The translations under genes and the position numbers were made by a program. A stretch of DNA of 64,000 bases, from assembly GCA_019247795.1 (NCBI GenBank), contig JAFBAK010000164.1, forward strand, positions 178 to 64,177, read 5' to 3'. The notes under the pieces were generated by a model. That model did no database searches. It was not told the origin of the DNA and saw only the letters and a list, made by a program, of their open reading frames with translations. Positions 19,282 to 29,158 of this stretch are shown piece after piece; the first letter of the stretch is position 1, and each line of letters starts with the position of its first letter. This DNA is from Hyphomicrobiales bacterium (lineage in GTDB: Bacteria > Pseudomonadota > Alphaproteobacteria > Rhizobiales > Beijerinckiaceae).

Positions 19282-19695
19282 TCAGCCTGGGGCAGGCCTG
19301 GGCCCGAGCTTCTCCTGGAAACGCAACAGATAACCGTCAGGATCTTGCAGGATGAACTGGCGGCAGCCAAGGAACGTATCGCCGCGCCGGTAGAATTTCT
19401 CTTCCATTTCAAGGAAGATGGGTAGGCGCTCGAGCTGGCATTTGTCGTAAAGCTTGTCGATCTGCGATACTGCGATCTGGAGATTGATGCCTCTTCCGAA
19501 CGGATAGGATAGCGAGGCCGTCAGCCAAACGCGGCCTGTCGGTTCCTCGATCATGAGTTCGGCGCCCTCTCGTTCAAGATAAGCGAAGCGTTCGTCCGGA
19601 CGATCATAGAGGATTTGAAACCCGAGCAGGTCCACGTAAAACCGCAGACTGCGAGCGAAGTCGGAGCAATAGAGCTCGGGAACCAGATTCGCCAT
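19282..19695 (-). CDS. VOC family (glyoxalase/bleomycin resistance-like) protein
   Basis: LVPELYCSD...[21 protein letters not shown] and [15 protein letters not shown] motifs. Confidence 0.88.
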   Translation of the reverse strand: MANLVPELYCSDFARSLRFYVDLLGFQILYDRPDERFAYLEREGAELMIEEPTGRVWLTASLSYPFGRGINLQIAVSQIDKLYDKCQLERLPIFLEMEEKFYRRGDTFLGCRQFILQDPDGYLLRFQEKLGPRPAPG

Positions 19696-19701
19696 GGAAC
19701 C

Positions 19702-20088
19702 TCACCCGACGGCGATCAGCGCCGCAGCGACGCGCCTGTCTTCCGCGATCAGCACATTGTAGGTGCGCGCCGCCGCCCCTGTCTGCATCGCGTCGAGCCG
19801 AATTCCCGAAGCGGACAATGCCGATCGAACGCTCTCTTCGATGTAAGCCGGTTGCAAGCCGGTGCCGAGGAGGAGGATCTCGATCGCTTCAGCCTCGGCG
19901 ATGATCGGCGCAAGCGCCGCCGCATCGATCTCCGCGACGTTGGTCACCGGCCAGGCCCTCACCCCTGAAGGCAGCGCCAGGATCGAGCCCCGATGGCTCA
20001 TCCCGCCAAAGCGAAAGCCGCCCTCGCCGTAAGCCTCGATCTGGTGCCGGCCTGGGAGAAAGCGAGCGCCCTCGGACTCATCTGTCAT
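19702..20088 (-). CDS. Mth938-like (DUF498) protein
   Basis: IEAYGEGGFRF, LLLGTG and MQTGAAARTYNVL motifs; position downstream of secF. Confidence 0.9.
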   Translation of the reverse strand: MTDESEGARFLPGRHQIEAYGEGGFRFGGMSHRGSILALPSGVRAWPVTNVAEIDAAALAPIIAEAEAIEILLLGTGLQPAYIEESVRSALSASGIRLDAMQTGAAARTYNVLIAEDRRVAAALIAVG

Positions 20089-20150
20089 CGAGACACCGCC
20101 GTCTTACGCGCCCGCTCGTTCTTTCATCTGCAGCGCGACGGCAGGCCTCC

Positions 20151-21128
20151 TCAAGCAGAGGCGCTCGCCGTTGTCTTCTTCGCGGCCGCCACCTTGCCCT
20201 TCTCCTCGGCGGCGAGCTCGGCGTCCGTCTTGCCGTGCACGCCGAGATATATGAGCGAGGGTGACGAGATGAAGATCGCCGAATAAGTGGAGACCAGCAC
20301 GCCGCACAGCATCACCTTGGCGAAATCCTCGATGGCCTGCCCACCGAAAATCACGAGCGCAAGCAGCGACAAGGCCGCTGTTGTCGCCGTCATCGAGGTG
20401 CGAGCGAGCGTCGAGTTCACCGACAGATCCAGGAGCTCGGCAATCGGCATGCGCCGATAGCGCCGCAAGAGCTCACGCGTTCGATCGAATACGACGACGG
20501 TCTCGTTGAGCGAATATCCGATGATGGTCAAGATCGCCGCGATCGAGGTCATATTGAACTCGGTGCGCGTGATCAGGAAGAAACCCATGGTGAGCACGAT
20601 GTCGTGCATCGTCCCGATGATGGCGCCGATCGCGAATTGCAGCTCGAAGCGGAACCAGAGATAGACGAGCACGGCAACGATCGCGAGCAGAACCCCGATC
20701 GTGCCGTTTTGCACGAGCTCCCCCGACACGCGCGGCCCAACCGTCTCGACACGACGGAATTCATAGGTTGAATCGAGGGCCTCATGGGCCCTCTTCACGG
20801 CTTCGCTCTGGGCTTGCTCGGATCCGGGCTGAGGGCCGTAACGAAGCGAGACGCCTTCACCGTTTCCGAACTCCTGCGCCTCGACCTCTCCCTGGACGAA
20901 CCCCGCGAAGGTCTGCCGCAAGGCCGCGACATCCGCCTTGCCGCTCTTCGCCTGCAGCTCGATCAGCGTGCCACCCGTGAAGTCGATGCCGAAATTCAAC
21001 CCGACCGAAAGGAACAGGGTGGCCGCGACGAGCGAGCAGAGTGCTGAAAAGGGAAAGCTCACCTTCCGGAAGCGGACGAAGCGGAACTTGGTGCCGTCGG
21101 GAATGATGCGAAGGAGTTTCATGCCCAT
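20151..21128 (-). CDS. secF: Protein translocase subunit SecF
   Basis: NFGIDFTGG, ETVGPRVSGEL and GYSLNETVVVFDR motifs. Confidence 0.96.
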   Translation of the reverse strand: MGMKLLRIIPDGTKFRFVRFRKVSFPFSALCSLVAATLFLSVGLNFGIDFTGGTLIELQAKSGKADVAALRQTFAGFVQGEVEAQEFGNGEGVSLRYGPQPGSEQAQSEAVKRAHEALDSTYEFRRVETVGPRVSGELVQNGTIGVLLAIVAVLVYLWFRFELQFAIGAIIGTMHDIVLTMGFFLITRTEFNMTSIAAILTIIGYSLNETVVVFDRTRELLRRYRRMPIAELLDLSVNSTLARTSMTATTAALSLLALVIFGGQAIEDFAKVMLCGVLVSTYSAIFISSPSLIYLGVHGKTDAELAAEEKGKVAAAKKTTASASA

Positions 21129-21131
21129 CCC

Positions 21132-22733
21132 TCAGAACGGCAGGGTCTGCGGCCGGCGCACGCGGTACCAGAGGCCGATCATCATGCGCGTCATGGTCAC
21201 GGCCGTGATCACGGTGGTGAGCACGCCAAACACCATGGTGAGGGCGAAGCCCTTCACCGGCCCCGATCCCATCAGAAAGAGAATGAATGCCGCGATCAGC
21301 ATCGTCGCGTTCGAGTCGATGATCGTGGCGAAAGCACGCGTGAAGCCCGCTTCGAGCGCCGAAACGAGGGCGCGTCCGTTATGCACCTCTTCTCGAATGC
21401 GTTCGTAGATGAGCACGTTGGAATCGACCGCGGTTCCGATCGTGAGGACGATCCCGGCGATACCCGGCAGCGTCAGCGTCGCGCCGAAGGCCGACATCAG
21501 CGCGAAGATGAACATCACATGGATCAGCAGGGCGAAATTGGCAAAGAAGCCGAAGACGCCGTAGACCGCGAACATGAAGAGCGCGACGAAAGCGGAGGCC
21601 ACATAGGTCGCGAGCTTACCGGCGGCAATCGAGTCCGCGCCGAGCCCGGGACCCACGGTGCGCTCCTCGACGATGGTGAGAGGCGCCGGCAGGGCGCCCG
21701 CTCGCAAGAGGACCGCGAGGTTGTTCGCCGCTTCCACCGTGAACCGGCCCGAAATCTGCCCCTGCCCTCCCGGAATCGGACCGTTGATCCGGGGCGCCGA
21801 GATCACCTTGTTGTCGAGGACGATCGCGAGAAGGCGCCCGACATTCTCCGCCGTCGCCTGACCGAAACGCTGGCCGCCGCGCACATTGAAGCGGAAGTTC
21901 ACGATGGGCTCGTTGGTTCGCGGGTCGAACCCGGGCTGCGCGTCGACGAGATCGGCGCCGTCGACAATGACGCGCTTTTCGACCGGAAGCGTGCCGCCCG
22001 TCTCTTGCGAAGGAAGCTGCTCGACATCCCCCGGTGCCTCGCCCTGATCCGCAACCATGCGGAATTCGAGATGAGCCGTCTGGCCGAGCAGGTCCTTCAG
22101 CTTCTGCGGGTCTTGCAGGCCCGGCACCTCGACGAGGATGCGGTCATTGCCTTGCCGCTGGATGTTGGGCTCGGTCGCGCCGAGCGCATCCACGCGCCGG
22201 CGAATGACCTCGATCGACTGATCGACGGCGCGTCGAACCTTGTCCGTGACACCGGCCTCCGTGATGGTGAGGCGGATGATGCCATCATCGGCTTGCGTCA
22301 CGTCGAGCGTGCGTGGTCCGCCGAAGCCCGCATTGCCGACCGGCTGGCCGAGTTCGGTGAGTGCGCCCATGACGCGCGCCCGCTCCGCCGGATCGGGAAC
22401 GCGAACCTCGACACCGCGCGGGGTCACCGTGATGCCGCCCGGAAACCCGACTTTCTGGTCGTGCAGGATGCGGCGCACATCGTCGCGCAATTGATTGATC
22501 TGAGCCTTCGCGATCGCGGCCGCATCGACCTGCAAGAGCACATGCGAACCGCCTTGCAGGTCGAGCCCGAGCACGATCCCCTGGTGCGGCAACAGGCCGG
22601 ACGGCAGGAAGCCGAAGCCGTTCTTGAGCGCATCGCGCGTGCCCTGCGACAGGAAATTCGGCGTCACGAAAAGGAGGCCGAGCACGACTGTCAACAGCAC
22701 GCCGATGATCTTGGCTCGCGAATAGCGCAGCAC
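21132..22733 (-). CDS. secD: Protein translocase subunit SecD
   Basis: LGLDLQGG, RRRVDALG, EERTVGPGLG, TLTLPGIAG and VDSNVLIYERIREE motifs. Confidence 0.97.
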   Translation of the reverse strand: MLRYSRAKIIGVLLTVVLGLLFVTPNFLSQGTRDALKNGFGFLPSGLLPHQGIVLGLDLQGGSHVLLQVDAAAIAKAQINQLRDDVRRILHDQKVGFPGGITVTPRGVEVRVPDPAERARVMGALTELGQPVGNAGFGGPRTLDVTQADDGIIRLTITEAGVTDKVRRAVDQSIEVIRRRVDALGATEPNIQRQGNDRILVEVPGLQDPQKLKDLLGQTAHLEFRMVADQGEAPGDVEQLPSQETGGTLPVEKRVIVDGADLVDAQPGFDPRTNEPIVNFRFNVRGGQRFGQATAENVGRLLAIVLDNKVISAPRINGPIPGGQGQISGRFTVEAANNLAVLLRAGALPAPLTIVEERTVGPGLGADSIAAGKLATYVASAFVALFMFAVYGVFGFFANFALLIHVMFIFALMSAFGATLTLPGIAGIVLTIGTAVDSNVLIYERIREEVHNGRALVSALEAGFTRAFATIIDSNATMLIAAFILFLMGSGPVKGFALTMVFGVLTTVITAVTMTRMMIGLWYRVRRPQTLPF

Positions 22734-22785
22734 CGCTCAGCTTCTCCTTCTTCGTCCCGGACCGCGACCTGACCGCGAAATTGCC

Positions 22786-23136
22786 CTACTTCGCCGGCTT
22801 GGGCTGGTCCGATTTCACCGGCTCGCCCTTGGCGCGCACCTCGGCGATCATCGAGCGCACGACCCGCACCCGGATATTGTCGGCGATCTCGGCCTCGAGC
22901 TCATTGTCGTCGATCACCTTGGTCACTCGCCCCACGATGCCTCCATTGGTGACGACGGTATCGCCCCGTCGCACGTTCTTGATCATGAGCTTATGTTCCG
23001 CCGCACGCTTCTGCTGCGGACGGAACAGCAACACGTACATGATGGCGAAAACGAAGACGAGCGGCGCGAATTGCACGAGCATGTCGGTCGTGCCGAGGCC
23101 GCCGGCCGCCTGCGCATAGGCTGGGGTTATGAACAA
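22786..23136 (-). CDS. yajC: Preprotein translocase subunit YajC
   Basis: TTG start after a GAGGAG SD; FITPAYAQ, LLFRPQQKR and RGDTVVTNGGIVG motifs. Confidence 0.93.
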   Translation of the reverse strand: MFITPAYAQAAGGLGTTDMLVQFAPLVFVFAIMYVLLFRPQQKRAAEHKLMIKNVRRGDTVVTNGGIVGRVTKVIDDNELEAEIADNIRVRVVRSMIAEVRAKGEPVKSDQPKPAK

Positions 23137-23416
23137 GGGGTTTGACTCCTCGGCGCGCAGCAAAGGCCGTGTCCACGGCTCGCGAGCGCGCCATCCTCGA
23201 AATTCGGCGCGGACTATAGCGGCGGGTCCGCTGAAAGCAACCTTTCCGCGAACTTTCCCGCGTATGCGAGAGCCTTCAATGATGCCGGCAAAATATCGAT
23301 CGCGATGCCGTTGCGCCGAGACTTGAGTGGTTCCAGCGAATCGAGGAGGCTGGCCCCATGCTGCCCCTTCGATCTCGAACGAAAATCGCAGGCGAAGGGT
23401 CAGGCGGGAGGAAGTC

Positions 23417-24745
23417 GTGGGATTAGACGCAGAAAGCCGGACGCAATTGCGGCGCGTGGTGGTGGCGAGCATGATCGGCGCCACCATCGAGTGGTATGAC
23501 TTCTTCCTTTACGGGGTGGTCGCCGGCATCGTTTTCAACAAGCTGTTCTTCCCGGCCGCAGATCCGCTCGTCTCGACGCTTCTCGCTTACGCGACCTTCG
23601 CGGTCGGGTTCGTCGCGCGCCCCCTCGGGGGAGTGATCTTCGGCCATTTCGGCGATCGCCTCGGCCGGAAGAACATGCTGGTGATCACACTCCTCATCAT
23701 GGGAGTGGCGACCTTCCTCATCGGCCTCTTGCCGAGCTATCAGGAAATCGGCGTCGCAGCACCGATCCTGATGCTGGTGCTGCGCGTCCTGCAAGGCCTC
23801 GGGCTCGGCGGAGAATGGGGCGGCGCCGTGCTCATGACCTATGAATACGCGGAACCCGAGCGCCGCGGCCTTTTTGCGAGCCTGCCGCAGATCGGGCTTT
23901 CGATCGGGCTTTGCCTCGCCTCCGGCGTCGTGGCGCTGTTCTCCTATTTTCTGAGCGATGCGCAATTCCTCGCCTGGGGCTGGCGGGTCGCCTTTCTCCT
24001 GAGCGTGATCCTCGTCGGCATCGGCATCTACATCCGCCTGCGCATCTTCGAGACACCCGAGTTCGCGGCACTCAAGGCCCGGCAAGGTGAGGCGCAGATG
24101 CCTTTCATCGAGATGATCAAGGAGTATCCGGGAAATATCGTGGCGGGCATGGGGGCACGCTACATCGACGGGGTGTTCTTCAACATATTCGCCGTCTTCA
24201 TGATCGGCTATCTCGTGAATACGCTGCATATCGCGCGCACCGATGCGCTTCTCGGCGTGATGCTCGCCGCGCTCGTCATGTGCGTGTTCATCCCGATCTT
24301 CGGCCATTGGTCGGATCGGTATGGCCGAGGCAGGGTCTATGCGTGGGGAGCGCTGATCACCGGCATCTCCGCCTTTCCGGCGTTCTGGCTGATCCTCGAA
24401 AGCGCCGGCAGTGCCCCGCTGATCTGGCTCGCCATCATCGTGCCCTTCGGCATTTTCTATGCCGCCTGCTACGGGCCGGAAGCGGCCCTGTTCTCAGATC
24501 TGTTCGACACGCGGGTGCGCTATACCGGGGTGAGCTTCGTCTATCAGTTTTCGGGGATCTTTGCCTCGGGCCTTACTCCCATCATCGCCACGGCGTTGTT
24601 GCCGCTGGGTGCGGGCAAGCCTTGGCTGATCTGCGTCTACATTCTCTTCTCGGCGCTGGTGAGTGCCGCGAGCGCCTGGTGGATCGAGCAGCGCGCCAAG
24701 GCAAGTGCTCTGATGCCGGCCGTGACGATCGAAAACCGAGCGTGA
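23417..24745 (+). CDS. MFS transporter, MHS family (shikimate/ShiA-like)
   Basis: GATIEWYDFFLYG, HFGDRLGRK, GLGGEWGG and RYTGVSFVYQ motifs. GTG start at 23417 after GGAGG. Confidence 0.92.
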   Translation: MGLDAESRTQLRRVVVASMIGATIEWYDFFLYGVVAGIVFNKLFFPAADPLVSTLLAYATFAVGFVARPLGGVIFGHFGDRLGRKNMLVITLLIMGVATFLIGLLPSYQEIGVAAPILMLVLRVLQGLGLGGEWGGAVLMTYEYAEPERRGLFASLPQIGLSIGLCLASGVVALFSYFLSDAQFLAWGWRVAFLLSVILVGIGIYIRLRIFETPEFAALKARQGEAQMPFIEMIKEYPGNIVAGMGARYIDGVFFNIFAVFMIGYLVNTLHIARTDALLGVMLAALVMCVFIPIFGHWSDRYGRGRVYAWGALITGISAFPAFWLILESAGSAPLIWLAIIVPFGIFYAACYGPEAALFSDLFDTRVRYTGVSFVYQFSGIFASGLTPIIATALLPLGAGKPWLICVYILFSALVSAASAWWIEQRAKASALMPAVTIENRA

Positions 24746-26046
24746 ACGAAAAACTTCGCGAACCCACCGGACCCGGCGCCGAGGCATCTGTTTCATCGCC
24801 ATCATCCGGTGCTCCAACGCGCGGGGCCGAAAACCAGATGGGGCGTTCGACCTGGGCGCTGGCGCTTGCCGCAACGGTGCTGATCCAGACCGCCCTCTCT
24901 TTCCTGAGCCGGCTCATCCCGACGCTCGCCCCGGTGCTCATGACAGCCTCGGGCCTGCCTTTCGATTCGGTCGGCTATCTCGCAGCCGCGGGCACGGCGG
25001 GCTCCATCCTTTTTCTTGCAGCCGGCAATCCGCTGGTCGCGCGGCTCGGCCCCATCAGGGCACTTCAAACGGGGCTCGCCACCGGGATTTGCGGCGTGCT
25101 CATGCTGATGCTTCCCTTGAGCTCGACGCAGTTCGCGTCGAGCTTCCTGGTCGGAATGGGATATGGGCCCTCGGTGCCAGCCGGGAGCGACGTCCTGCTG
25201 CGTCTGTCGCCCCCACATCGCCGCACCTTGATCTTCTCCCTGAAGCAAGCGGGAGTTCCGCTGGGCGGCGTGCTTTCGGGGTTGCTCCTGCCGCGTCTTG
25301 TCGAGGCGCTTGGTCTTCGCTCTGCGCTCCTCATCACGGCGCTGATCCCTCTCGCGACGATGTTGGCGGCGCAGCGGGTTCGGGAAGTGATCGATACCGA
25401 GCGTGATCGCGGGCAATCGACGCGTATCCGCTTGTTGCTTTCGCCAGCGAACATCTTCGCACCGTTCCGGATGATGCGTGCTTCGACAAGGCTGCCGCGC
25501 CTCACCGTGTCGGGCGTGTTTTTCGCCTGCGGACAAGGGTCGCTCTTCGCCTTCCTTGTGACCTACCTCAATCAGGGCCTCGGGCGTGACCTCGTGACAA
25601 GCGGCAGCATCTTCGCGATGACTCAGATCACGGGGATTCCGGGCCGCATTGCGCTCGGCTGGCTCGCCGACCGGATTGGATCAGGATTGCCGGTGCTGCG
25701 CACGCTCAGCCTCATGTCGGCCGCGACCAGCGCGGTCTTTGCGATAACGACGCCGCGATGGTCGCCGCTCGCGCTCATGCTTCTCTCGGCGACCGCCGGC
25801 GTCACCATGTCGAGCTGGAACGGCATTCAGCTTGCGGAGATCGCGCGCGAAGCGCCGAAGGGCAAGGTCGCGGAGACGACGTCTGGAGCCACCCTTGTCG
25901 TCTTCCTGGGATATGTGTTGGGGCCCGCGCTCTTCGCAACATCGGTCTCTACGACACACAGCTACGCGGCAGCGTTCCTCGTCACAGCCGCCTTGTCGCT
26001 GATACCGATTCTCGCGCTTTGGCCTTCGCGGGGAGAGCGCCGCTAA
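24742..26046 (+). CDS. MFS transporter (MFS_1)
   Basis: About 12 hydrophobic segments; FSLKQAGVPLGG and LGWLADRIG motifs. The GTG overlaps the upstream stop; alternative ATG at 24838. Confidence 0.85.
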   Translation: MNEKLREPTGPGAEASVSSPSSGAPTRGAENQMGRSTWALALAATVLIQTALSFLSRLIPTLAPVLMTASGLPFDSVGYLAAAGTAGSILFLAAGNPLVARLGPIRALQTGLATGICGVLMLMLPLSSTQFASSFLVGMGYGPSVPAGSDVLLRLSPPHRRTLIFSLKQAGVPLGGVLSGLLLPRLVEALGLRSALLITALIPLATMLAAQRVREVIDTERDRGQSTRIRLLLSPANIFAPFRMMRASTRLPRLTVSGVFFACGQGSLFAFLVTYLNQGLGRDLVTSGSIFAMTQITGIPGRIALGWLADRIGSGLPVLRTLSLMSAATSAVFAITTPRWSPLALMLLSATAGVTMSSWNGIQLAEIAREAPKGKVAETTSGATLVVFLGYVLGPALFATSVSTTHSYAAAFLVTAALSLIPILALWPSRGERR

Positions 26047-26096
26047 CGATCGAGCCTCCCCAACAAAAAAGCTTGTCGAAGAAAGTTGGCCGTGGC

Positions 26097-26486
26097 CTAT
26101 CTCGCCGGTGGCGTGCAGACGACCTTCTCATCGAGCACATAGCAATTGCTCATCTCGCCGGTCCGTAAATTCAGGCGAAACACGCCGGATTCGCGATCAT
26201 GGCGCGAGGCAAGAATGCTGTAGTCGCCTGGTGCTTGCGCACCGCCGCCCTCCCCTGCGGGGTAGCAGATCGTCACCCCGATCGTTCCCTCCTGAAGCCC
26301 GTATTGGCACGCTCCCATTTCGCCGGTCGACCGATCGACCCGGTAGACACGATTGAGATCGGTCGCGGGCGCGGCAACGAATTCATAAGAGCCGGCCGCC
26401 ATCGAAGCGGAACCCGCGCCGGAAAGCGCAAGCGCAAAAACCATACGCGCGAAGAACGGGCGTCGCGCCATTCGCAAGAAGAACAT
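26097..26486 (-). CDS. Secreted hypothetical protein with two internal beta-rich repeats
   Basis: SD GGAGG; signal-like N-terminus; repeats VYRVDRSTGEMGAC and VFRLNLRTGEMSNC. Confidence 0.78.
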   Translation of the reverse strand: MFFLRMARRPFFARMVFALALSGAGSASMAAGSYEFVAAPATDLNRVYRVDRSTGEMGACQYGLQEGTIGVTICYPAGEGGGAQAPGDYSILASRHDRESGVFRLNLRTGEMSNCYVLDEKVVCTPPAR

Positions 26487-26663
26487 GAACCCTCCAGAAC
26501 CCGATTGCATCGGAGGCGGTGTCGGAAGCGACGCGATTCGCTTTCGCGCACCATAGCATCGCCTCCGCGCGCTGATCAGGGGCAGGCGAGTGCGCCCGTC
26601 GAGCCACACTTGCGCATCTTCGCGAGGCATGCGACCGACGGAAGCCGAAGGAACTCTGCGCGC

Positions 26664-27356
26664 ATGCCCATCCCCCCTTCCCTGCCGATCATCGTTTTCG
26701 ACCTCGACGGCACGCTTGCGGACACGGCGGCCGATCTCGTCTCTACACTGAACCTCATCCTGGAACGGGAAGGCCTCAACGCCATCCCTCTCGCTTCAGC
26801 TCGCGAACTCATCGGCCAGGGAAGCCGCGCCTTGATTCAGCGTGGCTTCACTTTGCAGCGGCGCGCTCTCTCGCCGGAGCGGCTCGAGATTCTGTTCGAC
26901 GAGTTTGTCCGGCACTATGGCGAGCACCTCGTCGATCGGACGCAGCTGTTTCCAGGCACGGCGGAGGCGCTCGAGCGCCTTTCCCGACGCGGGCACCGGC
27001 TTGCCGTGTGCACCAACAAGAATGAAGGCTTTTCGCGACGGCTTCTCAAGGAGCTCGGCGTCGCTTCGAAATTCGAGGCGATTTGCGGTCGCGATACGTT
27101 TGCGTTCTGCAAGCCCGATCCACGCCATCTCACCGAGACGGTGCGCCTCGCCGCGGGACGATTGGTGCCGGCCATCATGGTCGGCGACTCGAAAACCGAC
27201 ATCGACACGGCGCGCGCCGCCGACGTGCCGGTCATCGCGGTGACCTTCGGCTACACCGAAATCCCGGTCGCGCGTCTCGCGCCCGATGTCATCATCGAGC
27301 ATTTCGACGAGATCGACGATGCAGTGGCGCAATTGACCGAGCGCGTCATCGCCTGA
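26664..27356 (+). CDS. gph: HAD-family hydrolase, phosphoglycolate phosphatase-like
   Basis: VFDLDGTLADT, VCTNK, KPDP and MVGDSKTDI motifs. Confidence 0.85.
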   Translation: MPIPPSLPIIVFDLDGTLADTAADLVSTLNLILEREGLNAIPLASARELIGQGSRALIQRGFTLQRRALSPERLEILFDEFVRHYGEHLVDRTQLFPGTAEALERLSRRGHRLAVCTNKNEGFSRRLLKELGVASKFEAICGRDTFAFCKPDPRHLTETVRLAAGRLVPAIMVGDSKTDIDTARAADVPVIAVTFGYTEIPVARLAPDVIIEHFDEIDDAVAQLTERVIA

Positions 27357-28050
27357 ATTGGGATGCGCGTATTCCCGCCGGGCTGGGCGTGCCCGGGAAC
27401 GGGAGCTTCTCGGCGATAAGCTCACAGAGGTCCTGCGGCTCTCGGCAGAGTGCGAGAGCTCCCGCCTCGCCGAGTTCCGCCTCCCCGCCATGGCCCCACA
27501 ACGCGCCGATCGTGCCGATGCCATGGCGTGCCGCTCCCTTCACGTCGTATTCGCGGTCTCCGACCATGAGGGCACAGGCGGGATCGATGCGCTCCGCCGC
27601 GAGAATATGACCGATCAGCTCACCCTTGTCGTCGCGGCGCCCGTCCAGCTCGGAGCCGTGGATGGCCGTGAAATGATGGTCGAGCGCAAAATGCGCGAGA
27701 ATCGGACGGGCAAACACATGCGGTTTCGAGGTCGCGAGCACCAGCGTATAGCCTTGCGCATCCAGCGCGGCGATTGTTTCCGCAATTCCCTCGTAGAGCG
27801 TAGCTTCGAACATCGCCCCGTCGCGGTAGCGGCGCCGATACACGTCGAGGGCCTGCTCGACCCGCTCGTCCCCGCCGAGCAGCCGCCGAAAGCTCGAACG
27901 CAAAGGGGGACCGATCGTCCAGTGAAGCGTCTCGAAATCCGGAGCTTCGACGCCGAGCGTCACGAGCGCGTGTATGACCGAACCGATGATGCCGGGCGCA
28001 GGGTCCGTGATCGTCCCGTCGAGATCGAAAAGCAAATAACGCGGTTGCAC
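27346..28050 (-). CDS. HAD-family hydrolase (second, divergent subfamily)
   Basis: LFDLDGTITD, WTIGPPLR, LATSKP, MVGDREYDV and GALWGHG motifs. GTG start at 28050. Confidence 0.88.
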   Translation of the reverse strand: MQPRYLLFDLDGTITDPAPGIIGSVIHALVTLGVEAPDFETLHWTIGPPLRSSFRRLLGGDERVEQALDVYRRRYRDGAMFEATLYEGIAETIAALDAQGYTLVLATSKPHVFARPILAHFALDHHFTAIHGSELDGRRDDKGELIGHILAAERIDPACALMVGDREYDVKGAARHGIGTIGALWGHGGEAELGEAGALALCREPQDLCELIAEKLPFPGTPSPAGIRASQFRR

Positions 28051-28051
28051 T

Positions 28052-29158
28052 CTATTCCGGGCGCCCCCGCGCGACCCGTTCGATTTCCATTCTGACCAAA
28101 CGCTCGACAATCTGAGGCAGGTTGTCGTCGAGCCAAGTTTTGAGTAAGGGCCTCAGCATCTCCTTCACTGTGTCCTCGAGGCTGCGCACATTGTCTCCGA
28201 GCACCCCGCGATTGAGATCGCCGAAGGCTCGCGCCACGGCCCTGTTGGCTTCGCTCGAGAGGATCGCGGCCGCGTCCTCTTTTCGAGATGACGAGCGAGT
28301 TCCCGCGTAGCCGGCCATACGCGCGGCTTCTCGTCGATGATCGGCACAAGCCTCGGCAAGTCGCGGTGACGGGGATGAGAGGTCGGGCGTCTCGGATTCG
28401 GCCCTGGCGCGCGCGAATTGAGGTTGCGGCTCAGGCGCCGGCGAGGCGCTCGCTTCGGCGTGACCCGTCCCCGTCTCGCCGATCTCGGCCGGGGCAGGAG
28501 TCGTGGTCGGAAAGGCGTCGTCATCCGCTGGCAGCGGCGGCGGTTCCGTGCGCTGTGATTCCTCCTCCCGCCTCGGTGCGGCAAAGGCCGACATCGAAAG
28601 GGCGTGCGCATCATGCGGCAGTGGGCGCAAGCGATCTATTCCCTCGCCAAAAAGGGCGTAACTTGGCGCGTGTCTCGCGGAGGCTTCCTCGGCCGGAACC
28701 GTTGCGACGGCTGGCGGGTCTCGCTCCGATTCAATGGGCGCAATTGCTTCTTGCATCGAAATGGAATGAGGCGAAACCTCGGTTTCGAGAGAAACCTCGG
28801 CGGGATGCGAGGCTTCGAGAGAGGACGGGGCTTCGACCGAGGCGGAAGCTTCGAGCGACGGCGATGCTTCGGCGCCAGGCGAGGCCCCTTCCGGGACCGC
28901 CCCCTCCTTGAAGATGGTCTCAATCTCCTGGGTGAAGACTTCGGCCGCGGGGCCAGCTCCTGAATCGCGCACGGCCTTCTCGAGTTCGATGGAAGGAGCA
29001 GATTCCTCCAGCGATTTCTCTTCACGCGTTTCCGGCAGCGAAACGAGCTTCGCCGATCCGATCCTCGCCCGTGACTTATCGTCGGCGATGATGCGTCGAA
29101 TGGAAGCGAGGATTTCTTCCATGCTCGGTTCGACGGCTCGTTGCGCGGAAGCAGTCAT
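28052..29158 (-). CDS. popZ: Polar organizing protein PopZ (DUF2497)
   Basis: N-terminal EPSMEEILASIRRII; acidic Pro/Ala-rich middle; C-terminal LEDTVKEMLRPLLKTWLDDNLPQIVERLVRMEIERV; lies downstream of tolC. Confidence 0.93.
   Translation of the reverse strand: MTASAQRAVEPSMEEILASIRRIIADDKSRARIGSAKLVSLPETREEKSLEESAPSIELEKAVRDSGAGPAAEVFTQEIETIFKEGAVPEGASPGAEASPSLEASASVEAPSSLEASHPAEVSLETEVSPHSISMQEAIAPIESERDPPAVATVPAEEASARHAPSYALFGEGIDRLRPLPHDAHALSMSAFAAPRREEESQRTEPPPLPADDDAFPTTTPAPAEIGETGTGHAEASASPAPEPQPQFARARAESETPDLSSPSPRLAEACADHRREAARMAGYAGTRSSSRKEDAAAILSSEANRAVARAFGDLNRGVLGDNVRSLEDTVKEMLRPLLKTWLDDNLPQIVERLVRMEIERVARGRPE
28760..28885 (-). repeat. About seven degenerate 18-nt (hexapeptide) repeats inside popZ
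   Basis: ASPGAE-ASPSLE-ASASVE-APSSLE-ASHPAE-VSLETE-VSPHSI. Confidence 0.7.
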
